From contig CAVQJL010000012.1 in the NCBI GenBank assembly GCA_963712815.1, positions 925,027 to 989,026 of the forward strand: a stretch of 64,000 bases of DNA. The letters are read 5' to 3'. Shown here one piece after another: positions 23,180-32,980 of this stretch. Under the pieces are notes generated by a model. The model made no database searches. It worked only from the letters and a program-made list of their open reading frames with translations, and was not told where the DNA came from. A program made the translations under genes and the position numbers. Each line of letters opens with the position of its first letter. The stretch's first letter is position 1. The stretch comes from an uncultured Gammaproteobacteria bacterium (GTDB lineage: Bacteria > Pseudomonadota > Gammaproteobacteria > Steroidobacterales > Steroidobacteraceae).

Positions 23180-23977
23180 TCAGGGGAAATCGAACTCCAT
23201 CTCCAGCAGCAGGGCAGGACTGAGTCCCACCCGGATCGTCCGGGGCTGCCGCAGTGCCACAGCTTCGCAGAACGGCAGGCAGGCCGCCATGGCGTTGTCC
23301 GCGACTGCCGCGAGGTTACGCGCGAGCGGTGCGGTCCGTTCCGTCCCGCGTGCGGTGCGCCAGCGCACCCGTGCCAGCGTCCCCGGACCGGGCGCCGGCG
23401 CCAGCACCACCCCCATGCCGAGGACACCGTGGCTCGTGACCACCGTGGCGAGCGGGCCGCGCGCCTCGATGTCGTACGCGACCAGCAGCGTCGGGCGTCC
23501 GCCCGCCTCGGCCTGGGTCATCGCCTCGAGCAGGCCCTCGCCGAACGTGTCCTCCCAGGCCGTGAGCGCGGTGCAGGACTGCATCGAGCCGATCCCGATG
23601 CTCCAGTAGCCCGCGGCGGCGTTGAGCACGGAGTTGTGGAAGCGGATCGGCGATACCAGCGCTGGCGTGCGCGCCAGCGTCTCGCTCATGTAGTCGTTGA
23701 TGGCCAGGTCGCCGTGAGTGGTTGCGAACACGCTGGCGACCTCACGCGGTTCGACGCCCGCGCTCTCGCAGGCGCGTGCCGCGACCTCCAGTGCGATGGC
23801 CACGGTATCCGGCGCGCGGCGACGCTCGGTCGCCGCGAGCATCGTCGGCGCCGGCCTCGTGGCCTGCGGCTCGGGCACCGCCGCCTCGCCGCGCAGCACG
23901 GGCGCCGCGACGGCCCAGCCCGGCAGACGTGGTGCCCAGAGCGAGATCCCGGTCACGTGGACCGTGTGCGGCTTCAT
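23180..23977 (-). CDS. Beta-ketoacyl synthase-like protein lacking a canonical active site (chain-length-factor type)
   Basis: It has KS N-terminal-like sequence and is 265 aa. It lies immediately downstream of a full KS, the pairing seen for the APE KS/CLF. Confidence 0.7.
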   Translation of the reverse strand: MKPHTVHVTGISLWAPRLPGWAVAAPVLRGEAAVPEPQATRPAPTMLAATERRRAPDTVAIALEVAARACESAGVEPREVASVFATTHGDLAINDYMSETLARTPALVSPIRFHNSVLNAAAGYWSIGIGSMQSCTALTAWEDTFGEGLLEAMTQAEAGGRPTLLVAYDIEARGPLATVVTSHGVLGMGVVLAPAPGPGTLARVRWRTARGTERTAPLARNLAAVADNAMAACLPFCEAVALRQPRTIRVGLSPALLLEMEFDFP

Positions 23978-23984
23978 GGCGACC

Positions 23985-25172
23985 TCAGTCGATGCGCTCG
24001 CGGCCGAACAGCAGCGCGCAGTTGCTGCCGCCGAAGCCGAACGAGTTGCTGAGCGCGACCCGCACGTCCGCCCGCTCCGTGGCGAGGCGAACCTGCGGAC
24101 CGCAGGCGGGGTCCAGCGTCCCGGTGTTCAGGGTGCCGGGCGCGAAGCCCTGCTCGAGCGCGATGAATGCCACGATCGCCTCGACGATTCCGGCTGCGCC
24201 GAGCGTGTGCCCGGTCCAGCCCTTGGTCGAACTGGCGCGCGTCGTCGCCGGGAAGATCTCGGCGATCAACCTCGCCTCGACCTCGTCGTTCTTCTGGCTC
24301 GCCGTGCCGTGCAGGTTGATGTAGTCGACGGCTTCGGGCCCGAGCGAGGCGCAGCCGAGCGCCGCCTCGATCGCGAGCCGCGCCCCGAGGCCCTGCGGGT
24401 GGGGCGAGGACATGTGGTGCGCGTCGCTCGACTCGCCGTAACCGAGGAGCCACGGACCGGCCTCGCCGTCGCGCTCCAGCAGTGCAAAGCCACCGGCCTC
24501 GCCGATGCTGATGCCGCGGCGGGCCGCGTCGAACGGGCGGCACGGCTCCGGCGAGACGAGTTCCAGTGAACTGAAGCCGAACAGCACGCTGCCGCACAGC
24601 GTGTCCACGCCGCCGACCACCGCGGCGTCGGCGATGCCGAGCCTCAGCAGCCGCTCGGCGTGGGCGAATACCTTGGCGCTCGAGGAGCAGGCCGTGCTCA
24701 CGGTCACCGCGACGCCTTCGATCCCGAGGACGACGCGCACGAAGTCGCCCAGCGAGTGTGGCGTGTGCACGATCGGACGACGCAGATCCTCGGGGTAGCG
24801 GCCGTCCGGGAGCAGCCGCCGATAGGCCTCTTCGGTCGCGCCGATGCTGGAGGTGGAGGTTCCGAGCACCAGCGCGACGCGATCGGCGCCGTAGCGCTCG
24901 CGCGCTGCGAGCGCCCGCTCGCGGAAGCCGTCGCAGCCCAGCGCCAGCCACGCCAGGCGATTGTTGCGGCAGTCCCAGGCCGCGAGGTCCGCCGGCAGGT
25001 CGCAGTCCTCGACCCCTGGCACCCGGCCGATGAAGGTCGCGAGCGGTGCTTCGGTGAAGTCGTTGGCGCGCAGTCCGCTACGGCCCTCACGCAGCGCTGT
25101 GGAGAGCGCGGGCACGCCCGCACCGCACGCGGTCGCCACGCTGCAGGCCGTGATTCGCAGGGGTCGCATCAC
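23985..25172 (-). CDS. Beta-ketoacyl-ACP synthase (FabB/FabF-like) of the APE cluster
   Basis: It has the active-site Cys in TVSTACSSSAKVF, plus INLHGTAS and GHTLGAAG (His/His). Confidence 0.85.
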   Translation of the reverse strand: MMRPLRITACSVATACGAGVPALSTALREGRSGLRANDFTEAPLATFIGRVPGVEDCDLPADLAAWDCRNNRLAWLALGCDGFRERALAARERYGADRVALVLGTSTSSIGATEEAYRRLLPDGRYPEDLRRPIVHTPHSLGDFVRVVLGIEGVAVTVSTACSSSAKVFAHAERLLRLGIADAAVVGGVDTLCGSVLFGFSSLELVSPEPCRPFDAARRGISIGEAGGFALLERDGEAGPWLLGYGESSDAHHMSSPHPQGLGARLAIEAALGCASLGPEAVDYINLHGTASQKNDEVEARLIAEIFPATTRASSTKGWTGHTLGAAGIVEAIVAFIALEQGFAPGTLNTGTLDPACGPQVRLATERADVRVALSNSFGFGGSNCALLFGRERID

Positions 25173-25214
25173 ATGGGGACTTGCGGCGGGAACCGCCGAT
25201 CCCGTGGCAATCGG

Positions 25215-25625
25215 TCAGCCTCCCTCGGCCTGCGACTGCGCCAGGGCAAGTTGCACGGTGATGTCGTTCCCGAGGTTGGTCACCCACTTCGGGTAATTGC
25301 GATGTATGTACCGGTTGCCCTTCTTGACCTCATAGTCGAGGTTGGTACTGGCGAGGTAGGTCAACTGGATCGACTTCGTGTCGTACTTCGCGCCGACCTT
25401 AGCCATGTGGGTGCGGATGTTCAGCGTCAACTCCATGGAGCCCGGGTCCTGGCGCGTGACGATCCAGCCGCGCTGGGCACCACCGAGGCGGATCGCCGTG
25501 GCGACCGCCTTGTCGTCGAGCCCGGCCGGCACGGGAATGGGTGCGGGGTCCACCAGCGGTGTGGCGGCCATCAGCAGCAGCGCGACGGGCAGCAGCCACA
25601 GCGCCCTGAGCCTGTTTGCGATCAT
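25215..25625 (-). CDS. Small exported protein / lipoprotein-like, unknown function
   Basis: Start MIANRLRALWLLPVALLLMAATPLV is a signal peptide. The product is 136 aa. Confidence 0.55.
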   Translation of the reverse strand: MIANRLRALWLLPVALLLMAATPLVDPAPIPVPAGLDDKAVATAIRLGGAQRGWIVTRQDPGSMELTLNIRTHMAKVGAKYDTKSIQLTYLASTNLDYEVKKGNRYIHRNYPKWVTNLGNDITVQLALAQSQAEGG

Positions 25626-25690
25626 GAATGACAGCCCTCTCTCTGGGTGGACCTGGAATGCTGCAAGGCGCTGGCCCACGGGCGCCCGGA

Positions 25691-25963
25691 TCACGCGGCG
25701 CGCTTGCCCACGATGTAGTCCGACAACGCCCTGAGCGACGCGAAGATGCGCTTGTTGTCCTCGTCGTCCGCCTTGAGCTGGACTCCGTAGCGCTTCGAGA
25801 TCTCGAGCGCCAGCTCGAGCGCGTCGATGGAATCGAGCCCGAGCCCGGAGCCGAACAGGGCCGCGTCGGGGTCGATTCCGGCCGGGTCCACTCCCTCGAG
25901 GTTCAGCGCGCCGACGATCAGTTCGGCGAGTTCTTTCTGCTCTGCTGTCTGGGGTGCGGCCAT
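25691..25963 (-). CDS. Acyl carrier protein
   Basis: The product is 90 aa and carries the phosphopantetheine attachment motif GLDSIDALEL. Confidence 0.85.
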   Translation of the reverse strand: MAAPQTAEQKELAELIVGALNLEGVDPAGIDPDAALFGSGLGLDSIDALELALEISKRYGVQLKADDEDNKRIFASLRALSDYIVGKRAA

Positions 25964-25995
25964 GGGTCCGTTGGCGCGGGCGCGCCGCTTTCATG

Positions 25996-26009
25996 CACTC
26001 TCGAAAGTG
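25996..26009. promoter_or_regulatory. Imperfect 14-bp palindrome CACTCTCGAAAGTG in the divergent ACP / halogenase-like promoter gap (candidate operator)
   Basis: 12 of 14 positions are symmetric. It sits in the only sizeable AT-containing gap inside the cluster. Confidence 0.25.
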
Positions 26010-26045
26010 TATCATGCGGCCCGCGACTAGCCAGAGCGCGAACCC

Positions 26046-27392
26046 GTGTCGAGCAGCACCGCGCCCTCTTGTACAAGGCCTCCATCGCAGTGCGACGTGA
26101 TCGTCGTGGGCGGCGGTCCGGCCGGCTGCACGGTAGCCACGTTCCTCGCGCGGCAGGGGTGGTCGGTCACGCTGCTCGAGAAGGAACGACACCCGCGCTT
26201 TCACATCGGCGAATCGCTGCTGCCTATGAACCTGCCGATTCTCCAGCGCCTCGGCGTGCTCGAGGCGGTCGAGCGCATCGGCGTACGCAAGATCGGCGCC
26301 GACTTTCCGGCGCCCACGCCCGACGGTTACAACGTCTTCCGCTTCGCCCGCGCGCTGGACCCGAGCTGGCCGCATGCCTTCCAGGTCCGTCGCGACGAAT
26401 TCGACACGCTGCTGTTCGAAAACGCCCGCGCTGGCGGCGTCAGTGCCTGGCAGGGTCACCGCGTCACCGAACTCGACCTCGGCGCGGACGCCGTGACGGT
26501 TTCGGGCCAGTCGGATGACGGCGTCCAGTTCGCTTGCCGAGCGCGCTATCTCGTCGATGCCACCGGCCGCGACACGCTGCTCGGAAACCGGCTGCGCCTC
26601 AAGCGCCGCAGCGGGCGGCACCAGAGCGCGGCCCTGTTCGCGCACTTCCGGGGCGTCGAGCGTCGCCCCGGCGACGACGCCGGCAACATCAGTATCTACC
26701 GCTTCGGGCACGGCTGGGTCTGGCTGATCCCGCTGCGCGATGGCATCACGAGCGTCGGCGCGGTGTGCTGGCCCGACTACCTGAAACAACGCCGCGGGGA
26801 CAACCGTGAGTTCCTGCTGCAGACGCTGCAGTCGATCCCGCAGCTGTGGCGGCGGATGGAACACGCCGAGATCACCGGCAACCTTCACGCCACCGGCAAC
26901 TACTCCTACGCGTGCACGCGCATGGCCGGGCACCGCTGGATCATGGCCGGCGACGCCTATGCGTTCGTGGACCCGATCTTCTCGAGCGGCGTGTACCTGG
27001 CGATGCACGCCGCCGAGGAAGCGGCCGGAGTCGTCGATGGCGCGCTGCGCGACCCGGCCTCCGAGCGCGCGCGGCAACGCGCGTACCGCCGGCAGGTCGA
27101 GCACGGGCTCGCCACGCTGTCGTGGTTCATCCACCGTTTCACCTCGCCGGCGATGCAGAAGCTGTTCGACAATCCGCGCAACGACCTGCAGCTCGAGCAG
27201 GCCATGATCTCGATGCTCGCCGGCGACGTGTTCCGCGACTACGGCGTGCACTGGCGCCTGCGCGTGTTCAAGGCGATCTACTTCGCGACGGCACTCGGCG
27301 ACCTGCAGGCCCAGTTCCGCAGCTTCCTAGGACGCCGCCGCCAGGCCGGTGCGCTCTTCAGCGGTGGCACCACCGGGCAGGACCCCGCCTGA
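26046..27392 (+). CDS. FAD-dependent halogenase/monooxygenase-like protein (XanB1-like position upstream of xanB2)
   Basis: It has VIVVGGGPAGC, HIGESLLP, GWVWLIPL (WxWxIP) and FVDPIFSSGV. Its stop lies 1 nt before the xanB2-like start. Confidence 0.75.
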   Translation: MSSSTAPSCTRPPSQCDVIVVGGGPAGCTVATFLARQGWSVTLLEKERHPRFHIGESLLPMNLPILQRLGVLEAVERIGVRKIGADFPAPTPDGYNVFRFARALDPSWPHAFQVRRDEFDTLLFENARAGGVSAWQGHRVTELDLGADAVTVSGQSDDGVQFACRARYLVDATGRDTLLGNRLRLKRRSGRHQSAALFAHFRGVERRPGDDAGNISIYRFGHGWVWLIPLRDGITSVGAVCWPDYLKQRRGDNREFLLQTLQSIPQLWRRMEHAEITGNLHATGNYSYACTRMAGHRWIMAGDAYAFVDPIFSSGVYLAMHAAEEAAGVVDGALRDPASERARQRAYRRQVEHGLATLSWFIHRFTSPAMQKLFDNPRNDLQLEQAMISMLAGDVFRDYGVHWRLRVFKAIYFATALGDLQAQFRSFLGRRRQAGALFSGGTTGQDPA

Positions 27393-27393
27393 C

Positions 27394-28386
27394 ATGCCGT
27401 CGCGCCCACGGCAGGCGGGCGACCTGCGTGCCAGCTACTCGACGCTCGGCACGTCAGCGCTCGCCGACGACGTCCTGGCGGCCGCCGTATTCGGCGCGGG
27501 GACTGCGGCGCCCGCCGACCCGCGCTGCCTGCGCATCGACCTCGCGCCCCTCGTCGGCGCCGGACTGAGCGAGGTCTGGCAGGGCGATGGGCGCATGCGC
27601 ATCGGCGCGGCCGGCCCGATCCGTTACGTCGAGGACGGCCGGCATCTCGCCGGGTGGATCGACCTGGAGGAGGCAGGGTTCGACGGGCTCGACGAGACCG
27701 CCGAGGCCGCGTACCTCGGTCTGCTGCAGTTCCACGCGACCACACCGTACCGCCATGTCTGGCGCATCTGGAGTTTCGTCACGGGGATCAACGAGGGGAT
27801 TGGCGACGACGAGCGCTACAGGCAGTTCTGCCTTGGGCGTGCCCGGGCCTTTGCGGCGGTGCATGCGGCGCTGCCCGGCAACGGCTATCCGGCGGCCACC
27901 GCGGTCGGCAAGCAGGCCGGTGCGCGCAGCCTGCAGATCTGCTGGCTGGCGGGGCGGGATCCGGGCGTGGAGATCGAGAACCCGCGCCAGCTCGCTGCCT
28001 ACCGGTATCCGCGCCGCTATGGCCCGGCCGCACCGAGCTTTTCCCGGGCGATGCTCGTGCCCGGGCCGCTGCTGCTCGTGTCGGGCACGGCCAGCATCGT
28101 CGGGCACGAGTCCGTTCACCCCGGCGACACGGTCGCGCAGCTGCACGAAACGCTCGACAATCTCGATGCGCTGCTGCGGCGCGCCAGCGAAGTGTCCGCG
28201 CGCCCCGTCGCGCGCCTCGGCCCGGAGAGCCTGCTCAAGATCTACCTGCGGCACGCCGAGGATGTGACGCCGGTCGTGCAGCAACTGCATGCTCGTCTCG
28301 GTGTCGAACTTCCGATCGTCATCCTGGCCGCGGATATCTGCCGCGAGGAACTGCTGCTCGAGATCGAGGCTATCGTTCCGGCGTGA
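27394..28386 (+). CDS. xanB2: FkbO/Hyg5-family chorismatase (XanB2-type 3-/4-hydroxybenzoate synthase)
   Basis: An N-terminal FkbO-like region is followed by a C-terminal YjgF/RidA-like domain (LLLVSGTASIVGHESVHPGDTVAQLHETLDNL). The context is aryl-ligase/ACP/KS. Confidence 0.7.
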   Translation: MPSRPRQAGDLRASYSTLGTSALADDVLAAAVFGAGTAAPADPRCLRIDLAPLVGAGLSEVWQGDGRMRIGAAGPIRYVEDGRHLAGWIDLEEAGFDGLDETAEAAYLGLLQFHATTPYRHVWRIWSFVTGINEGIGDDERYRQFCLGRARAFAAVHAALPGNGYPAATAVGKQAGARSLQICWLAGRDPGVEIENPRQLAAYRYPRRYGPAAPSFSRAMLVPGPLLLVSGTASIVGHESVHPGDTVAQLHETLDNLDALLRRASEVSARPVARLGPESLLKIYLRHAEDVTPVVQQLHARLGVELPIVILAADICREELLLEIEAIVPA

Positions 28387-28413
28387 GGCGCGCGGCGATC
28401 CGCGCGCGCAAGC

Positions 28414-29766
28414 TCAGCGCCCGAGGGCGGCGAGCAACTGCTCGCGCGGCAGCTTGCCCATTTCGTTGCGCGGCAGCCGAGAGACGAACACCAGGGGCCG
28501 CGGCAGGAACACTGGGTCCATGCCGGACGCAAGCTGCTCCAGAACCGCGGTTTCGGACAAGCCCTCGGCGACCACCAGTGCCGCAAGACGCTGGACCGGG
28601 GCGTCGCCCACGCGGTCGGGCTGGAAGACGACTCCGTCGCTGACCCCCGGCACGGAAAGGAGCCGCCGCGTCAGGTCCGCGAGCGACGCGCGCTTGCCGC
28701 CGACCTCCACCATGTCGGCGTTGCGACCACGCACGACGAACGTGCCGTCGGCGCCCACCTCGAGCGCGTCCTGCAGCAGCGTCGGGGCCGCGAACCAAGG
28801 TGCGTTGACCTCGGTGCACGCTTCGACGGGCCGCAGCGACACGCCCGGGTACGGACGCCAGGCGACCTCGTGAGCGCTGCGCCGCGAGGCGATCACGCAG
28901 GTCTCCGTAGAACCGAAGAACTCGACCAGCGCCGTGCCGTAGCGCTGCTCCACGCGTCGCGCCACCTCCGGCGCAAGTGGCGCCGTCGCGGAGACGACGA
29001 CCGCGACAGGCGGCAGGTCGATATCCGACTCGAGCAATGCCCGCAGGTGCACGGGCGTCGTCACGAGGATCCGCGGCTCCGGCAGCTCCGCGAGCGCCGT
29101 CGCGATGTCCGCCGGAAACAGCGGATGCGCGGCGTGGAGCCCCATGTCGGCGAGCAGCGGCAGGAGCACGGCGGTCTCAATGCCGTACATGTGCTGGGAG
29201 GGAACGGTGGCGAGGATCCAGGGCCTGTGAGCGGAGTGTGCAGCCGGGATTGCTTCGCGGATGCGTGCCGCGTTTAACCCGGTCGCGGCGACCAATGTGG
29301 CCCATGTCTTCGGATTCGGCTGCGGTCTGCCGGTGCTTCCTGACGTGTAGCCGACGAGCACGCTCCGCTCCGGAGCGATCGCATGCAATTCGACCCGGGT
29401 CGTCACGATCGCCGCGCTGCCGCGATCGACGACAGCGTCGTCGACGCAGTGGCAGCCGGGATGCTCTCTCATGACCTCCTCGATCACCGCCGGTGCACGC
29501 GAGGGCGGCAGCAGGCATGCCTGGTCACGTATCAGCAGCGCGACGATTGCTATGAGGAAATTGCCGCGATGCTCGCACAGGTTAACCGCACCAGGCGCCG
29601 GCGGCAGCGTCGAGGCCAGCGTCGCAGCCCGTGCCACAAGCTCCGGACCGCTCACCGCGCCCTGGGATGTAAGGAGGAGATCGCGGTCCACCGCCATCCG
29701 CTGCGCAAGGGCGAGCACGTCGCATTCCGCATGCGACCGGCGAACATGGCCAAGCGATTCAAGCAT
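28414..29766 (-). CDS. AMP-dependent synthetase/ligase (aryl-acid:ACP ligase, XanA2-like)
   Basis: It has the adenylation core motif GYTSGSTGRPQPNPK and the C-terminal ...LPRNEMGKLPR. Confidence 0.8.
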   Translation of the reverse strand: MLESLGHVRRSHAECDVLALAQRMAVDRDLLLTSQGAVSGPELVARAATLASTLPPAPGAVNLCEHRGNFLIAIVALLIRDQACLLPPSRAPAVIEEVMREHPGCHCVDDAVVDRGSAAIVTTRVELHAIAPERSVLVGYTSGSTGRPQPNPKTWATLVAATGLNAARIREAIPAAHSAHRPWILATVPSQHMYGIETAVLLPLLADMGLHAAHPLFPADIATALAELPEPRILVTTPVHLRALLESDIDLPPVAVVVSATAPLAPEVARRVEQRYGTALVEFFGSTETCVIASRRSAHEVAWRPYPGVSLRPVEACTEVNAPWFAAPTLLQDALEVGADGTFVVRGRNADMVEVGGKRASLADLTRRLLSVPGVSDGVVFQPDRVGDAPVQRLAALVVAEGLSETAVLEQLASGMDPVFLPRPLVFVSRLPRNEMGKLPREQLLAALGR

Positions 29767-29856
29767 GTTCCCGTTCTACGTATTGAAGCGGTCGGCAGGG
29801 AGGCGAAACATAGCGCTGGTCTCCATGGAAAGACCGCGAATCTAAAGGAGTCTACG

Positions 29857-30543
29857 ATGAGATCCAACACGAGCCGACGGCTTCGCTCCGCCTTGCCCGC
29901 CGTGATCACACTGCTGGCGGCGTCGCTGCTCGGCGGCTGCGTCACGCCGATACCACTCGAGAAGGAAGCCCCCGACCTGTCCTACAGGGCGACGACCACC
30001 GTCGTGGTCTCGGTCCTGGATGAACGCGACGTGCTCGCGGACGGCAAGCCGCCCACCTTCATCGGCCGTGCGCACTCGATGTTCGGCATCCCGACGGACA
30101 TGCAGGTCTACCCGTGGTTCGTCAGCGACAAGGCCCGCAAGGATCAGACGCTGGCCCAGGCCCTGGAGGAACGGATCGTCGTCGGCCTGTCGGACGAAGG
30201 GTGGCAGGTCTCAGGCGCCGGCAGCACCGCTGGCCTGGCGCCTGACGAGGTCGTGTCCATGCTCGCCTCGCGGGGCGCACAGCGCATGGTGGTCCTGTCG
30301 ATCACGAAGTGGTTCGCGAGCATCAACCTCAACTGGGTCACGGCGTTCAACTTCGACTGGGGCTACCGCATGGACGTGCTGGATGCACAAGGCCGCATGG
30401 TCGCCAGCGTCGCCGATACCGGACGCGACGTCGTGGACGAGAAGTCGGACCAGTCGCCGCAAAACATGCTCAAGCTGGCGTTTCGGGAGCGCCTGATCAA
30501 GATCCTGGAGCGACCGGAACTCAAGGCCGCACTGCAGCCCTGA
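29857..30543 (+). CDS. Lipoprotein of unknown function
   Basis: AAGGAG lies 6 nt upstream of the start. A lipobox LLGGC follows the signal peptide. Confidence 0.7.
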   Translation: MRSNTSRRLRSALPAVITLLAASLLGGCVTPIPLEKEAPDLSYRATTTVVVSVLDERDVLADGKPPTFIGRAHSMFGIPTDMQVYPWFVSDKARKDQTLAQALEERIVVGLSDEGWQVSGAGSTAGLAPDEVVSMLASRGAQRMVVLSITKWFASINLNWVTAFNFDWGYRMDVLDAQGRMVASVADTGRDVVDEKSDQSPQNMLKLAFRERLIKILERPELKAALQP

Positions 30544-30550
30544 TTAGGTG

Positions 30551-31780
30551 TCAGCCCGGCCAGCGACGGAACACCAGCGACGTGTTGACCCCGCCGAACG
30601 CAAAGTTGTTGTTCATCGCGAACTCCATCTCGAGTCCGCGGCCATCGCCCGTGATGTAGTCGAGCTCCCCACACCGCGGGTCCACGTTCTCGAGGTTCAC
30701 CGTCGGCGCGAACCAGCCGCTGCGCATCATTTCGATCGTGAACATGGACTCGAGCGCGCCGCAGGCGCCGAGCGTGTGCCCGAGGTAGCTCTTCTGCGAG
30801 CTGAGCGGCATGCGCGGGCCGAACAGCGCCGACGTGGCGCGCGTCTCGGCGATGTCGCCCTGCTCGGTGGCCGTGCCATGTCCGTTCACGTAGCCGATCG
30901 CGTCCGGCTCGAGCGCCGCGGAGGCGAGCGCGAGTTCCATCACGATGCGCATCGTCTCCTCCTCGGGGCGGGTGACGTGCGTGCCGTCCGAGTTGGTCGC
31001 GAAGCCGACGACCTCGGCGTAGATGCGCGCTCCACGGGCCTGCGCGTGGCCAAGCTCCTCGAGCACCAGCATGCCGCCGCCCTCGCCGATCACGAGGCCG
31101 TCGCGATCGCGGTCGTAGGGACGCGGCGTCGAGCCCGGGTCGTCGTTGCGGCGACTCGTGGCGTACAGCATGTCGAAGGCCATCGCCTCGCTCGGGCAGA
31201 GTTCCTCGGCGCCGCCGCCGAGCATCACGTCCTGGTATCCGTGCTTGATCGCCTCGTAGGCGAAGCCGACGCCCTGGCTGCCGGACGTGCAGGCCGTCGA
31301 GGTGGGAATGATCCGTCCGCGCAGGCCGAAGAAGATGCCGACGTTGGCGCCGGTCGTGTGCGGCATCATGCGCACGTACGAGTTGGCGTTGAGGCCGGGC
31401 GCATCGCCGCTGAGCAGCATCTGGGCGAAGTCGCTGATGTCCGGGGTGCTGCCGATGGACGAGCCACAGGCCACGCCGACGCGACCCGAGCGCAGCAACG
31501 GGTCGCCGAGCAGGCCGGCATCCTCGAGCGCGATCTCGGCCGCGCGCACGGCAAGCTGCGACACGCGGCCCATGCTGCGCAGCTGCTTGCGGCTCCAGTG
31601 CGCCGGCGCCTCGAAGTCGGGGATGGGGGCTGCCAGCCGCGTGTTGAGGTCCTTGTAGACGTCCCACCCGGGCATGTGCCGGACAGTGTTTCGGCCACGG
31701 CGCAGTCCGGTCTCGATCGCGGGCCAGTCGGATCCCAGCGCGCAGAGGCCGGCCATGCCGGTGACCACCACGCGGCGCAT
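30551..31780 (-). CDS. Beta-ketoacyl-ACP synthase II-like (FabF-like)
   Basis: Start is MRRVVVTGMAGL. It has the Cys motif PTSTACTSGSQG, plus NGHGTAT and GHTLGACG. Its start overlaps the FabG stop by 1 nt. Confidence 0.88.
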   Translation of the reverse strand: MRRVVVTGMAGLCALGSDWPAIETGLRRGRNTVRHMPGWDVYKDLNTRLAAPIPDFEAPAHWSRKQLRSMGRVSQLAVRAAEIALEDAGLLGDPLLRSGRVGVACGSSIGSTPDISDFAQMLLSGDAPGLNANSYVRMMPHTTGANVGIFFGLRGRIIPTSTACTSGSQGVGFAYEAIKHGYQDVMLGGGAEELCPSEAMAFDMLYATSRRNDDPGSTPRPYDRDRDGLVIGEGGGMLVLEELGHAQARGARIYAEVVGFATNSDGTHVTRPEEETMRIVMELALASAALEPDAIGYVNGHGTATEQGDIAETRATSALFGPRMPLSSQKSYLGHTLGACGALESMFTIEMMRSGWFAPTVNLENVDPRCGELDYITGDGRGLEMEFAMNNNFAFGGVNTSLVFRRWPG

Positions 31781-32514
31781 CAGCACAGGCCTCCGTTGAC
31801 GGCGATCACCTGCCGCGTCACGTACGCCGCGTCCGGCGACATCAGGAAGGCGACGACCGCCGCCACTTCCTCGACCGTGCCCATGCGTTGCGCGGGCACG
31901 GCCTTCAGGATCTCCTCGATCGGCGCGTGCTCCGCGGTCAGATCGGTCTCGATCAATCCGGGCGCGACGCAGTTGACCGTGATCGCGCGCTTCGCCAGCT
32001 CGACCGCGAGCGCCTTCGTCGCGCCGATCACGCCCGCCTTCGCGGCGCTGTAGTTCACTTGCCCGCGGTTGCCCACCAGCCCCGACACCGAGGACAGCGT
32101 GACGATGCGTCCCGGTGCCCGGCGACGCACCATCGGCATCACCAGCGGCTGCAGCACGTTGTAGAAGGAGTCGAGGTTCGCGCGGATGACGGTGTCCCAG
32201 GCCTCGCCGCTCATGGCCGGAAACGCGGTGTCGTGCGCGAGACCGGCGTTGCACACGACGCCGTAGCAGGCGCCGTGCGCGGCGACGTCGGCCTCGAGCA
32301 GCTCGGCGCAGCGCGCACGGTCGGCCACGTCGAACTGCAGGCAGCGCGCGCCACGGCCCAGCGCCCGGACCTCGGCGGCCACGGCCTCCGCCTCGGCGAG
32401 CCGGGTGCGGCAGTGCACCACGACGTCGTAGCCATCACGCGCGAGGCGCAGCGCGATGCCGCGACCGATGCCGCGACTCGAGCCCGTCACCAGTACCGTC
32501 CGTCCGTCAGTCAT
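31780..32514 (-). CDS. 3-oxoacyl-ACP reductase (FabG-type SDR)
   Basis: It has the motifs VLVTGSSRGIGRGIA and YSAAKAG. Confidence 0.88.
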   Translation of the reverse strand: MTDGRTVLVTGSSRGIGRGIALRLARDGYDVVVHCRTRLAEAEAVAAEVRALGRGARCLQFDVADRARCAELLEADVAAHGACYGVVCNAGLAHDTAFPAMSGEAWDTVIRANLDSFYNVLQPLVMPMVRRRAPGRIVTLSSVSGLVGNRGQVNYSAAKAGVIGATKALAVELAKRAITVNCVAPGLIETDLTAEHAPIEEILKAVPAQRMGTVEEVAAVVAFLMSPDAAYVTRQVIAVNGGLC

Positions 32515-32980
32515 CGCGAGCGCACTCCCGATCGAGGAACGAGTCGTCCGCCGGCTGGAAGACGGTCAACGTCCCCGACGCGACGACCTGGCCGCCCGTT
32601 CGAATGATGCCGTCGAACACCGCACGCCCCTCCTCGTCCTCCGACGATTCGACCACCTCGACGTCGAGTTGCTCGCCCGGACGAAACTCCCCCGCGGTCG
32701 CCGTGTAGCCGCGTACGCCGAGCAGCAGGCCGATCCCGGCGGCGCGTCCGTTCGCTTGCAGCGAACGGTAGCCGGACAGCGCGGCGATCGCCTCGGCCAT
32801 GATCTCGGGTCCGACCCAGCCCGGCAGGCTGCCCGACCCGTCACTGAACGCCGTTCCGGGGCGAACGACGAGGCGGGCGGTGAGCCGGTCGGCTTCGGCC
32901 CCTGTGATCACGTCGAGCAGCACTGCGTCGTGGCGATGCGGCAGCAGCTCGGCAGGCCGCGGCAACGAGGCGTGGCTCAC
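32507..32980 (-). CDS. Hotdog-fold 3-hydroxyacyl-ACP dehydratase-like protein
   Basis: GTG start overlaps the upstream stop (GTGA). The sequence is hotdog-like and the product is 157 aa. Confidence 0.65.
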   Translation of the reverse strand: MSHASLPRPAELLPHRHDAVLLDVITGAEADRLTARLVVRPGTAFSDGSGSLPGWVGPEIMAEAIAALSGYRSLQANGRAAGIGLLLGVRGYTATAGEFRPGEQLDVEVVESSEDEEGRAVFDGIIRTGGQVVASGTLTVFQPADDSFLDRECARDD

